A stretch of 64,000 nt of DNA. It comes from Octopus sinensis. Lineage: Eukaryota. The stretch is taken from assembly GCF_006345805.1 (NCBI RefSeq), contig NC_043011.1:30454464-30518463 (forward strand), read 5' to 3'. A model generated the notes under the pieces. That model saw only the letters and a list, made by a program, of their open reading frames with translations, had not been told where the DNA came from and did no database searches. Position 1 is the first letter of the stretch. The number at the start of each line of letters is the position of its first letter. This document shows positions 23,857 through 36,751 of the stretch, piece by piece. Made by a program: the position numbers and the translations under genes.

Positions 23857-24367
23857 TTGTATTAGGTATGTATGTATTTATGTATAGTCACACGCACTCA
23901 CACATACACGCAGTACACACACACATATGTACTCCACATCATAATTACAAGATTTTAGTGGCAAAGTGAAGGAATATGACATTAAATATTACTACGATGT
24001 CAGAAGATTATGTCAACAGCAATTTTTGATGGTAGAGAATTGTATAAACATTAAAGTCAATGATGCAAAGGTTCGTATCATGTGTTTGGCAAAGGATTTT
24101 CAAGCAGTTAATGTAACTGTCTGGTGTAGTGAAAAGTGATTGCTACTGAAATATTGATCTTAGGAAGGAAAAGAGACATACTAAAATAAGACTGGTAGAG
24201 AGATCAAGGGGAAAGGAAAAAATGTGATTCTACACATACATACATACATACATACATACATACATAGATAAATACATACATACATAAACACACACACATG
24301 TACCATAAATACATGTGTATGTGTGTTTGTGTGTAAATATGTGTGCATATAACCTTATATAGATATG

Positions 24368-24401
<34 letters not shown>

Positions 24402-24405
24402 TATG

Positions 24406-24461
<56 letters not shown>

Positions 24462-24625
24462 CATACATATGTGTGTGTAAATAAGCATGACTATAACTCA
24501 TATATATATATATATATATGTATATGTATATTTATATATATATTATATATATAAATATATATATTTAAATATATTATATATATACATATATATATACATA
24601 TATATACATATATATATACACACAC

Positions 24626-24656
<31 letters not shown>

Positions 24657-25110
24657 TATACATATATATATATATAGGAACATATTATTTATGTGCATAA
24701 ACATATATGCATACTTACAAACCTACCCGCTTGCACCAGGAGAAGAAATGATTATTTTGCAGCCAACAGTCCTGAACACCAAAGGATCGATAATTTATTT
24801 AAAGTCTCAAACGTTAATGGTTTGCTATCTTTGGCAGCAGAATTATCCTTTCGCACCCCATCGCCCTTCTCTCTCTCTCTCTCTCTCTTTTTCCCTCACT
24901 CTCCACCTTTTCCTTCCCCCCCTCACTCTCTTTCTCTCCCCCAAACAGAAAGTATCTCCTTTGACCTCTTCCCACTCCTCCTCCTCCGCCTTCTGCTGAT
25001 TTGCATTCTCTTGCATTAGCAATCGTCCTTATTGTTACTCCGAATTTTCTCAGTGTTTAACTCCATTTTCCCTGAAGCATCTATCTCTCACTTCCGCCTC
25101 ACCCACTTCT

Positions 25111-25156
<46 letters not shown>

Positions 25157-25899
25157 TCTTCCTCTGATCATGTTTCTTTTTTCTCTTTCTTTCTCTTTCT
25201 TCTTTCCTTCCTCTTTCTTTCTATCTTTCTTTCTCTGATGTAGCATTACCACGTGGTTAACTCCTCAATTCCACAGAAGTCTTTAATCGATTGTTACATA
25301 ACCGAATTCAAACAAAAATCAAAGATATTCATGCTGTTCCCACAGACACCATGTTAACAGCGTACCTTGAAATATAAATAGGCTTCACCATAAAATCGGA
25401 ACTTGTCGTAGTCTGTTAAAAGTCCTAATCCTATTTAACAATCATAAAACAAATCTACAAAGTTATGTCTTTGTAGGTTCGAACTCCTTTGACAAAAGCT
25501 AATAATAATAAAATAATAAGGAGTATCATTTACAATATCATTTTATTCAAAGACTGTGGCCATTCTAGGGTACCACTATCAAATGTTTTGCTCGATTACC
25601 AGGCTAACTAATAGCCCCAGCACGTAAATCATATTGCCTGTTAGCTCTTACCTCCTTAACACATATACCAACTTCTTTTTGGAGGCGTAGTTACTGCTCT
25701 TTTCCTTTGGCGTTACCAGTCTGACAAGTCGGAAAGCGGACCAAGTCTGAAGCTTGAAAGCACCTATCGCCAAATTCCCAACGGTTTTCTGCATCAACCC
25801 TTCCTCTACCAGCTTCAATTCTGACAGCAATCTACTTCTTATCTGCGCAAATTTCAGCGCTAGCTTCTGCTACTTTAGTATCCCTGGAATCTCGATAGT

Positions 25900-26330
25900 T
25901 CTTGACTTCTCTTATTAAAGACATCCATGTTGATCCATGATTTTTGGAATGGGAAAAATGCACCGGTAGCTTGAAGAGTTTTTTGTCTTTCAAAACTTGC
26001 AGATGTGCTGACCTAACAACCTCTGTCAACTACCACTCTCAGTAAAATGTGCATACCGTCTGTATTCAAGCAGCACAGCGCCGAAAATTGTTACAGGGAG
26101 TTCTTTGTTCTCGTGTCTTTACGAAGATCGCCCTGTTCTACCTCCAAGCGAAATTCGTCTATGCGCCTTCGTTAGTACTAGCTTGGACTGTACTTGGATC
26201 ACGGAGATAACGTTTGAGAGATGACACCATGTACCTATTTGTCGTTGATACTGATAAGGTGGTGACATTTGGGTGAGAAGGTGCATTGTCCGAAATTAAA
26301 ACCCTCCTCACCAACAGGAAATTTGACAGC
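25900..26330 (-). pseudogene. pogo/Tigger-like DDE_1 transposase fragments
   Basis: Minus strand: VLISDNAPSHP (~26270-26305) and FSALCCLNTDGMHIL...KLPVHF..QKSWINMDVF (~25920-26090). Confidence 0.65.
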
Positions 26331-27000
26331 CTCCAGTTATTTACGCACAGCAGCAATGGAATTTGAGAAAAGAAAATAACAGTTATTAAACATGTGCACG
26401 TTAAACCATCGTTGTTTGGATTCGAAATAATTGATCGGTAAATAGATTTTGTCTTCCAAAACTTGCAGACACTGATCTTCGAGCACCACTCAACTTAAAC
26501 GGTGCTTACCACCTGTATTCATCCAATACAATGTCGAAAAAACGTTTCGTACTTAATTCACAACCTTGTATAGAGGCTACATTCTTGAAAACTTGCATCA
26601 CCTACAAATCATATCTACTTCTTAAAGTATATTCAATAAGCTTTCAGATGAGCTCAACTCTAGAAAAATCTGATAGGCTAATTTCTGAAAATAAACTTTT
26701 AAATTTAATACCAGATATTCTGAGAGAGATGGAAAATTTGGGCCGTAAATTTGACCTAGACCACAAATTATTACATCAGAATAGTTGACACTTTATGATC
26801 AATTGTTCTCAATTATTATTATTCTCATATTATCGTCAATGTCTATCTATGCTCTTACGAGTGCTCTCCTCCAAAAAGAAAGTTGATGTATAGGTACAAG
26901 AGCTTTTGCACAGATCATTTTTTCCTTGAGAATTTTCTTCGAATTCACAATCAACATATAAGTCGACTGTGTATAAGTATCACCCAAGAACAAAAACCAA

Positions 27001-27188
27001 TTTGTAGTAAAGATTTTTGCCAACATAACATGGCAGTCCTGGTCTATGACTAATGTTGCTGTAATTTAGCCCTAGGAAACATCGTCTCCAGTTGGTTATA
27101 CGACGCTGTCTCCTGGGGTTAAATTACAACAATATTAGTCCTAAACCAGGACTGCCATGTTATGTTGGCAAACAATCTTTACTACAAA
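27001..27188. mobile_element. Palindromic MITE/fold-back element
   Basis: tttgtagtaaagat..tgccaacataacatggcagtcctgg / ccaggactgccatgttatgttggca..atctttactacaaa; arms ~80 bp. Confidence 0.85.
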
Positions 27189-27544
27189 GTACTGTTGCTG
27201 AATATCTCACGTTGTGAGATTTAAAAATAGTAATTTCCAAAAAACAATTTATCATGGAAAACTTCCCAGGTGACAAGCCTCGTTGATTGTCTGAGGAGGA
27301 TGTGGACTGTTTCTGATTCATTGGCCCTTGACGAGAAAATGAAGGGAAAATCTTTTGCAGGTAATGTGATGTACATGGACACTCGGTTCGATACTATAAG
27401 AATAAAAATGTACTTAGTACTGCTGTAACATTTTATGATTACTTGTTAAACGAGATGATGCTATATAATACGTTAAAGCAAGTTATCCTTATGGTCAATC
27501 TTATTTGGTCTTCATTCTAATCCAGATTATACTCATTGGAGTGT

Positions 27545-28180
27545 TTTGGACGCCAAACTCAAAAACGAGATTTAAACTCTCCGATTTACAGAAATTTAGA
27601 CCCAGACCAATGCTTCCAAAGATCCCACAAATTTTTATAATTGCCTGTTCAATACACTTCTAATGAGCCCTCAGCCACTTTCATCGTGTTTGAACTACAA
27701 TTATGCCAGTTTTTGTGTTTTGGTCCAGAAACGTGCAAATATGAAAATTCAGCCGCAGTCCCTCAGATTTTCAAAAAGATTTCAAGTTTCGTAAATTTCC
27801 AAAATTGTGTTGCCAAATCGCTTCCAATTAAGTCTCAACTACCTTTCAATCTTCTTTTATACCCAACCGATACCCATTTTGGGTTTTCGGCAAAATTGTC
27901 CAAATATAGAAATTCGGTTCCAGACACCAACATTTTTGAAAGTTCGGAATTTTCATAAATTTCTAAATTAGCTTTATCTGTACTCTTCTAATGAGTCCTC
28001 ATTCATTTTCCAAGTGTGATTTGAACTTAAATTATGCCAAATTTTGTGTTTTCGGACCAAAATGCTCTAGTATGGAAATTTGGTCCACCACCACAACCGG
28101 CATTGGCGAAATTTTTGAGTTTCATAAATTTCTAGAATCGCTTTACCAATATGCTTCCAATGGACCATCAATCCGGAGAG
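27545..28180. repeat. Diverged ~165-bp tandem repeat (4 units)
   Basis: Motif cttc(t/c)aat at 27657, 27821, 27985 and 28154, preceded by ttcataaatttc-like sequence. Confidence 0.8.
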
Positions 28181-28703
28181 GGTGGTGTCCCCCAATTTGC
28201 CAAAAGAAATTAGGCCATATGTTTGCATTTGATGAAAATTTCGGATCTGAAAATAAGTAGTGCAGTGGAATACTTCGATCTAAAAAGAATGTGCAATCTT
28301 TCAGCTATGATGAATTGCATTTCTTAGATTCATTTACATACAGCATGGATTTCTGTACGATTCTCTACTTGATTGTCTGTGGTGTCCAGTTGGTCTTCAG
28401 ATCTCATACATGGTTAACTAACTTAGAGACTTTATTTTGCTGATGTGCGGAAAAGTAGTCCAAAGGTTTGCATAACGTCTTTTGAAATTGCCTTTCGCAT
28501 AAACCGATGTAATTTTTCGTCGAGATTAAGTTATCTTGAAGCGTTGCTGTGACTTCTGACATATAGACGACGGAGTTTATCATAACCGCCTGGTCAAATG
28601 GTTAAGAGGACAGGTTTCATGCTCTTCACGGCTACAATTAGGAATGGGTTCTTGGTGATGATTACGATTGATCATGTTCTTCATACACACACACATATGT
28701 ATA

Positions 28704-28786
<83 letters not shown>

Positions 28787-29057
28787 GTCATTTACTTTTA
28801 ATCTGCATGTTTGACGCAATCACTTGCCGGGGCACCCCCAGCGCCCTAGGGCAAGTGAAGGTTAAGCGTTGTTGAAATATAGCTGAAAGCTTGGGGAGGG
28901 GAAGTAGAGAAATATCTCCATGTAATACAAACACAAACATTTACATTGATAGGGTTTTTCTAAGGATGTGGGCAGTACTTGTTAGCACAATCTTTTGGAT
29001 TTCCTTGATACATGGTTCTCCAGGGATATTGTCTAGGTGTTTCTGACATCTCTTTTC
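28787..29057 (-). mobile_element. R4/Dong-clade non-LTR retrotransposon 3' end, inserted in (TAA)n
   Basis: Minus strand: KRCQKHLDNIPGEPCIKEIQKIVLTSTAHILRKTLSM* (typical R4/Dong C-terminus), then a 3' UTR running into (AAT)n; (TAA)n on both sides. Confidence 0.85.
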
Positions 29058-29080
29058 TATTATTATTATTATTATTATTA

Positions 29081-29120
<40 letters not shown>

Positions 29121-29124
<4 letters not shown>

Positions 29125-29475
29125 ATACATATACTAATGTATTTGCTTTATGTATTTTTCGCTGGCTACAATGGCGTATCGGAGTATATAAACTCACATT
29201 GTCGCCGGTGTTAAAACACCTTAGTCGTGACAGCCGAGATAACTCATCCTCGATCCCATTTGGGAGTGAAGGGTGTTTTACTGTGAAACCACAAAAACGT
29301 CGATAGCCATCACTTCCAAATGGGATTGAGTGTGAGTTTTCTCGCCTGTCCATGACTAAGGTGTGTTAACACCGGCGACAATGTGAGTTTATATACTCCG
29401 AAACGCCATTGCGTATACAAAGCATATATATATACGGAGGATATACAAAGCATATGCATTAGTATATGTATTTAA
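29121..29475. mobile_element. ~355-bp palindromic element at the polarity switch of the (TAA)n tract
   Basis: Arms ~150 bp (cggagtatataaactcacattgtcgccggtgtt and its reverse complement); TTAA at both ends. Confidence 0.85.
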
Positions 29476-29492
29476 TAATAATAATAATAATG

Positions 29493-29546
<54 letters not shown>

Positions 29547-29548
<2 letters not shown>

Positions 29549-30102
29549 GCTCTGATGCAGTACAAGGCAGTGGCTATCATGGCTTCTTGTCTTAACTGAT
29601 TGGAAGTGTTATCATGTACGTTGTTTTGTCTTGGTATAAAAGATGGGCTAGGGCAAATATTCTGCTCAATACCACAGATTTGCTTGTCAGTTGTTTGACT
29701 TTAACCAGTTGAGCATGTCCCTTAGTGGCTGACGATATGTGCATCTCTGATCACGAGCAGAAGTACTGGGGAAGCATCATAGCCATGTGTTGAGAGGGAT
29801 TCTTTGGGGTTTTAATAATTCACCTCTGGAAACATGGGCCTTTTGTTCAACATCCTTAAACAACCCTTATTCAGGGACCTTTTGAGCAGGATGGGTTATT
29901 CGACGAAAAGAAAATTCTAACTGGGCCCCACCTGCAAGGTCATGCGCTGTTTATCTTGATATAAGATCATCTGTCGCGCACATGTGGTTGTGATGCATGT
30001 GCCTAGTGTACCCTTATCAAACGGGTAGTCATGATGGGTATACTGGGCTTTGTATATTTTTACCCCACTGTCACTTTGATGGTATGCACTGCTCTCTCAC
30101 TC
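29547..30102 (+). mobile_element. ~555-bp non-coding insertion in (AAT)n, unclassified
   Basis: Complex sequence sharply bounded by (aat)n on both sides; no ORF or TIR seen. Confidence 0.55.
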
Positions 30103-30114
30103 AATAATAATAAT

Positions 30115-30175
<61 letters not shown>

Positions 30176-30197
30176 TATATATATATATATAATATAT

Positions 30198-30443
30198 AGT
30201 TGAAATTTACAGAAAAACAAAAGTCGAAGACAGGTGTATAAACAACAAGCAGGTGTATTGGTTTGACGCTTGTGAAGGTGAGAAAGTCTTATATGACCGC
30301 TAATTCCAAAAGTTATCCTTTCTGTTGAAGAGAGTAGGCTCGAAACGTAAAAGACTTTCTCACCTTCCTGAGCGTCAAACTAATGCACCTGCTTGTTGTT
30401 TATACTCCTGTCTTCGTCTTTTGTTTTTCTGTAAATTTCAATT
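30198..30443 (+). mobile_element. Family H2 element with inverted 5' arm; HHR-like motif at 30318-30353
   Basis: 30198-30290 is the reverse complement of 30351-30443; cttt-CTGTTGA-A-gaga gtag gctc-GAAACGTA-aaag. Confidence 0.78.
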
Positions 30444-30480
30444 ATACATACATACATACATACATACATACATACATACA

Positions 30481-30514
<34 letters not shown>

Positions 30515-30610
30515 AGTTCAGTAAAAATTTAGATTCAGTTGAATATGGTACTTAAGTTAAAGGCACCAGAATTTGGTATGGTATAATCAATATAAATCAA
30601 ATGGGGTGAT

Positions 30611-30853
30611 TATAATCAAAATAAGCAGCATGGATATTCAAAGGTAATGCAGTACGATCGTTTCATGCTACTCCATTTAATTAAGCAATGCATAAGTATA
30701 AAAATGAATCTTTTCAATTTAACTAAATAAATTCCATATGCAGCTTTACATTTTAAAACTGATGTATTACTTGCATTGTTTAATTAAATGAAGTCGCATG
30801 AAACGATCATACTGCATTACCTTTGGATACCCATGTTGCTTATTTTGATTATA
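30611..30853. repeat. ~85-bp inverted repeat, Penelope-like
   Basis: tataatcaaaataagcagcatgg...tacgatcgtttcatgc / gcatgaaacgatcata...ccatgttgcttattttgattata. Confidence 0.8.
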
Positions 30854-31667
30854 TATATATATATATATATAATATATATTATATATATAATATATATATA
30901 TTACACGAGTAAGCATGTAAATGCAAAGCAAGGGGGAAAATAGTACTCGAATACCGAAGTTAGAGTAATATGCTTTTTTATGACCAGCACCGCCTGCAGT
31001 CAAATTCATGTGCTTTGTGCCTCCAAATAAAACAGAAACCGCTAAACATAAAGCATAGGAGAATAATCTCCTTAATATTTTATGTGTGAAAAGGTTAACA
31101 AAATATATTCGTGTACAGCACTATTTCATTCTTTTTAGAAATCATTAGAATCACATGACTTGAGATATTTTGATTACACATTTTATGAAGCGAAACATTT
31201 TATTACGATGCGATTTAATTATAGTCTGGGAGAAATTAATGGAAAGTGAGTTTTTCAATTAATTTTTTCTCTTTGTCCACATAGAGCGTTAGTAGTATAG
31301 CAATGGAGAGGAAAAGGGAAGAAAGTTCTTAGTAACTACACACATGATGACTTATAGTGTCTTATAGTAGGTAATATTTCAGTTTTAACTGTAAACAAAA
31401 TTCACAAGTTGTTTTTCTATACATTCATTCGCCCATTATGTAGTACAAGAGACATTGACATCTCTTCATACACATAACATATGTATATATATATGTATAT
31501 ATATGTATACATATATGAATATATATATGTATATGTATATGTATGTACACTCACACACACACCACACACACACACACACACCACACGTATATATACAGAC
31601 ACATATTCATATATATATATTATATTCCTTTATTCTTTTATGCTGCAGCACCACCGTATATCTCATG

Positions 31668-31880
31668 CCTTTTACTTGTTTCAGTCATTTGACGCGACCA
31701 TGTTGGAGCACCGCCTTTTAGTCGAACAAATCGAGTCCAGGACTTATTTTTAAAGCCTAGTACTTATTCTATCTGTCTTTATTGCTGAACCGCTAGGTTA
31801 TAAGGACGTAAACACACCAATACCCGTTATCGAGCGGTGATAGGGGGGGGACAAACACACACACAAAGATACACATACGC

Positions 31881-31968
<88 letters not shown>

Positions 31969-31969
31969 C

Positions 31970-32006
<37 letters not shown>

Positions 32007-32134
32007 CTACACACGACGGACTTTCCGTCTACCAAATCCATTCACAAGGCTTTGTTCGGTCCCAGGCAGTGGGACTAAACGCAGAATCCTGTGGTTGGTA
32101 AACAAGCTTCTTACCACACAACCACGCCTGCGCC
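31668..32134 (-). mobile_element. SINE family B with expanded internal (ATCT)n/(TA)n
   Basis: tttacttgtttcagtcatttgac...ttaccacacaaccacgcctgcgcc. Confidence 0.88.
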
Positions 32135-32201
<67 letters not shown>

Positions 32202-32235
32202 GGGAGAAAATATGATGACAAAGAAATAACCGATC

Positions 32236-32438
32236 ATCTTATGAACTTCATTAGCTTACATCTGTTTCTGCTATAAGATGCAGTGAACTCATAGTCGACT
32301 GCCTGGGTAATACCTTATAACTTCATCGGAGCCTCGAATATAAAGTGCGACGCTAAAGGGTGTCACTGAGGTACTCAAATAGGAGCCCGCTGCATCTTAT
32401 AATAGAAACAGCTGTAAGCCAATGAAGTACATAAGATA
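32236..32438. repeat. ~55-bp inverted repeat containing a GAAACAGCTGTA motif
   Basis: atcttatgaacttcattagcttacatctgtttct / agaaacagctgtaagccaatgaagtacataagat. Confidence 0.75.
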
Positions 32439-32767
32439 ATCCTTTTATTCCATTCTCATTTTATTTTCTTATTACCGCTCTGTACTCGGCTAACACTTCG
32501 CTCTAAAGCACACATATATTGAGTTCTACACCAGGTTATCAGTCTTACAATGCCTAAGCAATATATATATATTTCGGAAACGCGGAGTAGATAAAACAGG
32601 AGACAACTGATGAAGGGAATGTTCGTTATGTTGCATGTCTCGTTTCTCTGTTTGTTTGTTTCGTTGTTCGAAAAAAGTTCGGTTTCTATGTTTTTGTTTT
32701 TATGTTCTCGTTCCTCATTTTGTCAACGTTGCTTTTGATGTCGTGTACCCATATATGTATGTATATA

Positions 32768-32975
32768 TGTGATCTCTTGATCACCACGAGCAAAAAAAAA
32801 TCTTTCCTCTGTCTTCCCTTCTCGGGATCTTTCCTTCTCCTTTGTTTCCGAGGAAGAGCTCCGCTCGAAACGTTAAACCCTCATTCCCTTCTTTCCTGAG
32901 CGTCAAATAATACTTTAATTGTTCCACGTCCTCGCGTTGCTGTATTTTTTCTGTGTTTTCTTGTTTGGATTAACT
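32768..32975 (+). mobile_element. Family H3 short element with minimal HHR motif at 32844-32878
   Basis: gttt-CCGAGGA-A-gagc tcc gctc-GAAACGTT-aaac; same family as 35040-35255 and 58188-58374. Confidence 0.75.
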
Positions 32976-33069
32976 TTATATATATATATATGTATATATA
33001 TATACATATGTATAATATATAATAAATAAACATATGCATAATATTGTACATTATGTACCGTACCTACCT

Positions 33070-33169
33070 NNNNNNNNNNNNNNNNNNNNNNNNNNNNNNN
33101 NNNNNNNNNNNNNNNNNNNNNNNNNNNNNNNNNNNNNNNNNNNNNNNNNNNNNNNNNNNNNNNNNNNNN
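33070..33169. other. Assembly gap (100 N)
   Basis: Run of N. Confidence 1.
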
Positions 33170-33457
33170 TCATACACACACACGTATACAAGTTTTCCAA
33201 AGAAAAGATTGACAGTAATTTAGAATTCAAAGTTTCTGCTTGCTCGCCTTTATCAGACCGTATGATGAAGGCAAACTAGCCAAGACTTAAGTTTTCCTTG
33301 TAATATCTAATATGTACTCTATGGAAACCATCATCTTTATTGTTAGATTGTTTTTATATATAATTGGACACTTGACATACAAGCAAACTATATATATATA
33401 TATATATACACACACATATATATAATCAAATTCATACCTATACATACATATACGCAT

Positions 33458-33490
<33 letters not shown>

Positions 33491-33609
33491 TATACATATA
33501 CATACATTTGCGTGTGTTTGCTTCTGTATGTGTGTATGCGTGTTTGTGTGTGCATGTGTACACACGCGTGCACGAACACACCACAAAATTTATTTCTTTA
33601 GATGTTTGG

Positions 33610-33960
33610 TTTGGGGGAAAGGGAAGACATCTGAGATTGACGCCATTAATGTTCCTCCTGAAAGTTCGTAAGTGAATAGCTGTGGAAGGGATATCATTGT
33701 ATTTCCAAAGGTGTTCTGAGAAGAGAGCCCCGGAAGTAATGACTTGTGCGGAGCCTGAGATATTAAACAGAATGAGGATGGGAAGACGGCGATATGTCCA
33801 TCCGGCTACAGTAAGCATCGGCTATTACAGCAGTAGTAGAAAAGTAAAGAATACAGACAGTACGTCTGTGGGCCAGAGACTGGACCCTGTCTGTGAGCAG
33901 CTTTCTGCAATTAAGTTGAGTCGCCTTTGCCTGGAAATGGTTTAGTTTTTCTGCGCGTGC
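33610..33960 (-). mobile_element. CR1/L2-like LINE ORF2 3' end remnant
   Basis: Minus strand: QAKATQL...LTDRVQSLAHRRTV..FYY..N..C, SHPHSV..LRTSHY, LRTFRRNINGVNL. Confidence 0.75.
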
Positions 33961-34269
33961 AGCAAAAGCGCAATTCTAGATCTGACTATAATATTTAATA
34001 AGACCTCACTGGAGATTTGTAGAATACTAATAATTGTTAAGCTGAAATAACTTCTGGTTTTAAACAGAGCTGGTCATTTGGATATGCAATCTTGGACATG
34101 TTAAAGTTGTGCTTTCACCACTGATTAGAAAATTCAACATTAGGGCGATTTTGGGTCTTTAGCTTAGTGCTGCCCACAATTAAGAGAAGCATATTGCAAT
34201 GACATGTTATTCATTTGAGCCACTTTTGGATTTTGTTGTTGAAGGCGACAAGGCTCCATATCTCTGTTG

Positions 34270-34540
34270 CAAGATACTATCGAGGATTTTCTGCTCATGC
34301 AGTCAATGGGAGTTTGGTGACTAGTGTCCAGTTTGTGAGTGGAAAATGAATTGTTGTAGAATGGTAGGGAGAAATGTAAGGTACCATAATCTGTGGAAGT
34401 GTGAGTGTTGTTGGACGTGGCGGGAATTTCTTGATGCATAGCAAGAAGAGAGTGAGAGCAAAAAGCGAATACTGGCGCACACTGTGTGAGGGATAAAATA
34501 AGTTCCTTCAACATACAATGCAATAATGCAGTTTGTTAGA
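34270..34540 (-). mobile_element. Possible second, highly decayed CR1/L2-like fragment
   Basis: Weak motifs only: PVFAFCSH and ..TKLP. Confidence 0.3.
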
Positions 34541-34920
34541 GAGCTACTAAACAAAATAGATGAAATATACAGGTGGCGCCCATTGTCAGGGAGCTTCCAT
34601 TCGAGATTCGCATCACAGACAAACTCGAAAGCTTTGATGGTGTCTTGAGTGACAGCATTACTCATTCCAAATTCCCCACAGAGAAGGGATTGTTGTTTCT
34701 AATAAAACAAGTGCTTTGACATTTTATTTTTAGTGCCACATTCCCACGAGCATGTAAACTATACCATGAATTCTGTACACACACACACACACACAACACA
34801 CACACACACACACACACACATATAAACTGAATACTAAGTATTTATAGAACCTTTGATTTACTGTCGGGTGACTTTTGGCCCACACACACGCACGCACGCA
34901 CAAACACACTTGCCATCCTT

Positions 34921-34956
<36 letters not shown>

Positions 34957-35039
34957 CCACACACATTCCTTGTCTTTGAAACTCTCTTGTTTTTAAAAAT
35001 CATGATTCGTCTACCTTTCAACTTCTGTTCTTTCAACAT

Positions 35040-35250
35040 GTGATCTCTTGAGCGCCACCAGCAAAAAAAAAATTTTTTTCCTCTGTCTTCCCTTCTCGGG
35101 ATCTTTCCTTCTCCTTTGTTTCCGACGAAGAGCTCCGCTCGAAACGTTAGACCCTCCTTCCCTTCTTTCCTGAGCGTCAATAATCATACTTTTAATGTTC
35201 CACGTCCTCGCGTGGCTGTGTTTTTTTTCTGTGTTTTCTTGTTTGGATGA

Positions 35251-35255
<5 letters not shown>
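35040..35255 (+). mobile_element. Family H3 element with minimal HHR motif at 35118-35152
   Basis: gttt-CCGACGA-A-gagc tcc gctc-GAAACGTT-agac. Confidence 0.75.
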
Positions 35256-35287
<32 letters not shown>

Positions 35288-35295
35288 TATTATTT

Positions 35296-35334
<39 letters not shown>

Positions 35335-35380
35335 ATATATATATTATATATATAGATATTATATATATATGCATATATAT

Positions 35381-35417
<37 letters not shown>

Positions 35418-35829
35418 TATGTTTATATATATTGTATGTATGTATAATATATATATATGTGTATGAATATATATATATATGAATACATATACGCATTCAT
35501 GTATGTGTGTGTGTACGTGTGTGTGTGTGTACATGTATGTATGTGTGTCTGCTTAGTTTTGCATATAGTTATATACAGAAAATATCAAGAATTAACAGAA
35601 GGGTTAATATCAGAAAATAGAGGATCATATTTATTTTTATAAGGAAACGGTTTCTATTGAATTTAAATGTGCTTCGTCCTGCCGTCTGACGAAACCATAC
35701 ACCGACGAAACTTTGAAGTCATGATGAATCTTTTAATTGTAAACACACACACTCATATATATGTACATATATATGCGTATATATATATATATATATATAT
35801 ATATACTTACCTATACATACATATGTATG

Positions 35830-36090
35830 TGTATGTATATGTATGTATGTATATATATATATGTACATGTATGTGTTTGTGTGTCTATGTTTGTCCCTCC
35901 GAAATCGCTTGACAACCGATGCTGGTGCGTTTACGTCCCCGTAACCTAGCGGTTCGGCAAAAGAGACCAATAGAATAAGTACTAGGCTTACATACAATAA
36001 ATCGTAGGGTCGATTTGCTCGAGTAAAGGCGGTGCTCCAGCATGGCCGCAGTCAAATGACTGAAACAAATAAAATATAAAAGACTAAAAG
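35830..36090 (+). mobile_element. SINE family B 3' half
   Basis: cgcttgacaaccgatgctggtg...ggcggtgctccagcatggccgcagtcaaatgactgaaac. Confidence 0.9.
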
Positions 36091-36454
36091 AATATATGTG
36101 TGTGTGTACGTATGTATATACGTATGTATACATGTATATATGCATAATACATATATATATATATATATACGTACATCTAGGCATATTTGTACATATACAT
36201 ATATATATTTCGGATATTAGCTCTACGACTATGTCTCACGACTTACCTGAGGGTGAAGTATTTGAATATATATCACCTGCGGAGAATCGTGAAACACGAA
36301 ACATTAGTACGGCTGTAGGGCATATATTCAAAGTATAGCCATATGTTCTTGCCTTTCTAACTTCTATTCAGTTGTGTGTTCTAAGATTTGTCTTCCTAAT
36401 CTTTGTAAAAACGCCATCAAATATACACATACATCCGCATATATATATACATAA

Positions 36455-36485
<31 letters not shown>

Positions 36486-36672
36486 TGTATGTATGTATGT
36501 ATGTATGTATGTATGATGTATGTATGTATTTATGTATGTATGCATATATGTATGTATGTAAATAAAATGTGTGAGTGTGTGAGGTATATATATATATATA
36601 TAATAAAACTATACGTGTATAACTATTCATATAATAGTGTGTGTATATATGTGTGTATATATATATATATGC

Positions 36673-36751
<79 letters not shown>

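Noticed and set aside
22512-23969. Long ORFs (up to 405 aa) of HTYI/MYVC repeats
   Set aside because: Pure translation of (TATG)n; the same applies to the many YI, CV and HT ORFs across the window.
29375-29420. HHR-like gaaacgccattgcgta in the palindrome arm
   Set aside because: No CUGANGA-like core upstream, and the other arm does not keep the motif.
32570-32620. Type II hammerhead (gaaac...gta...ctgatga); similar arrangement at 11404-11440
   Set aside because: No convincing stem I or stem II pairing.
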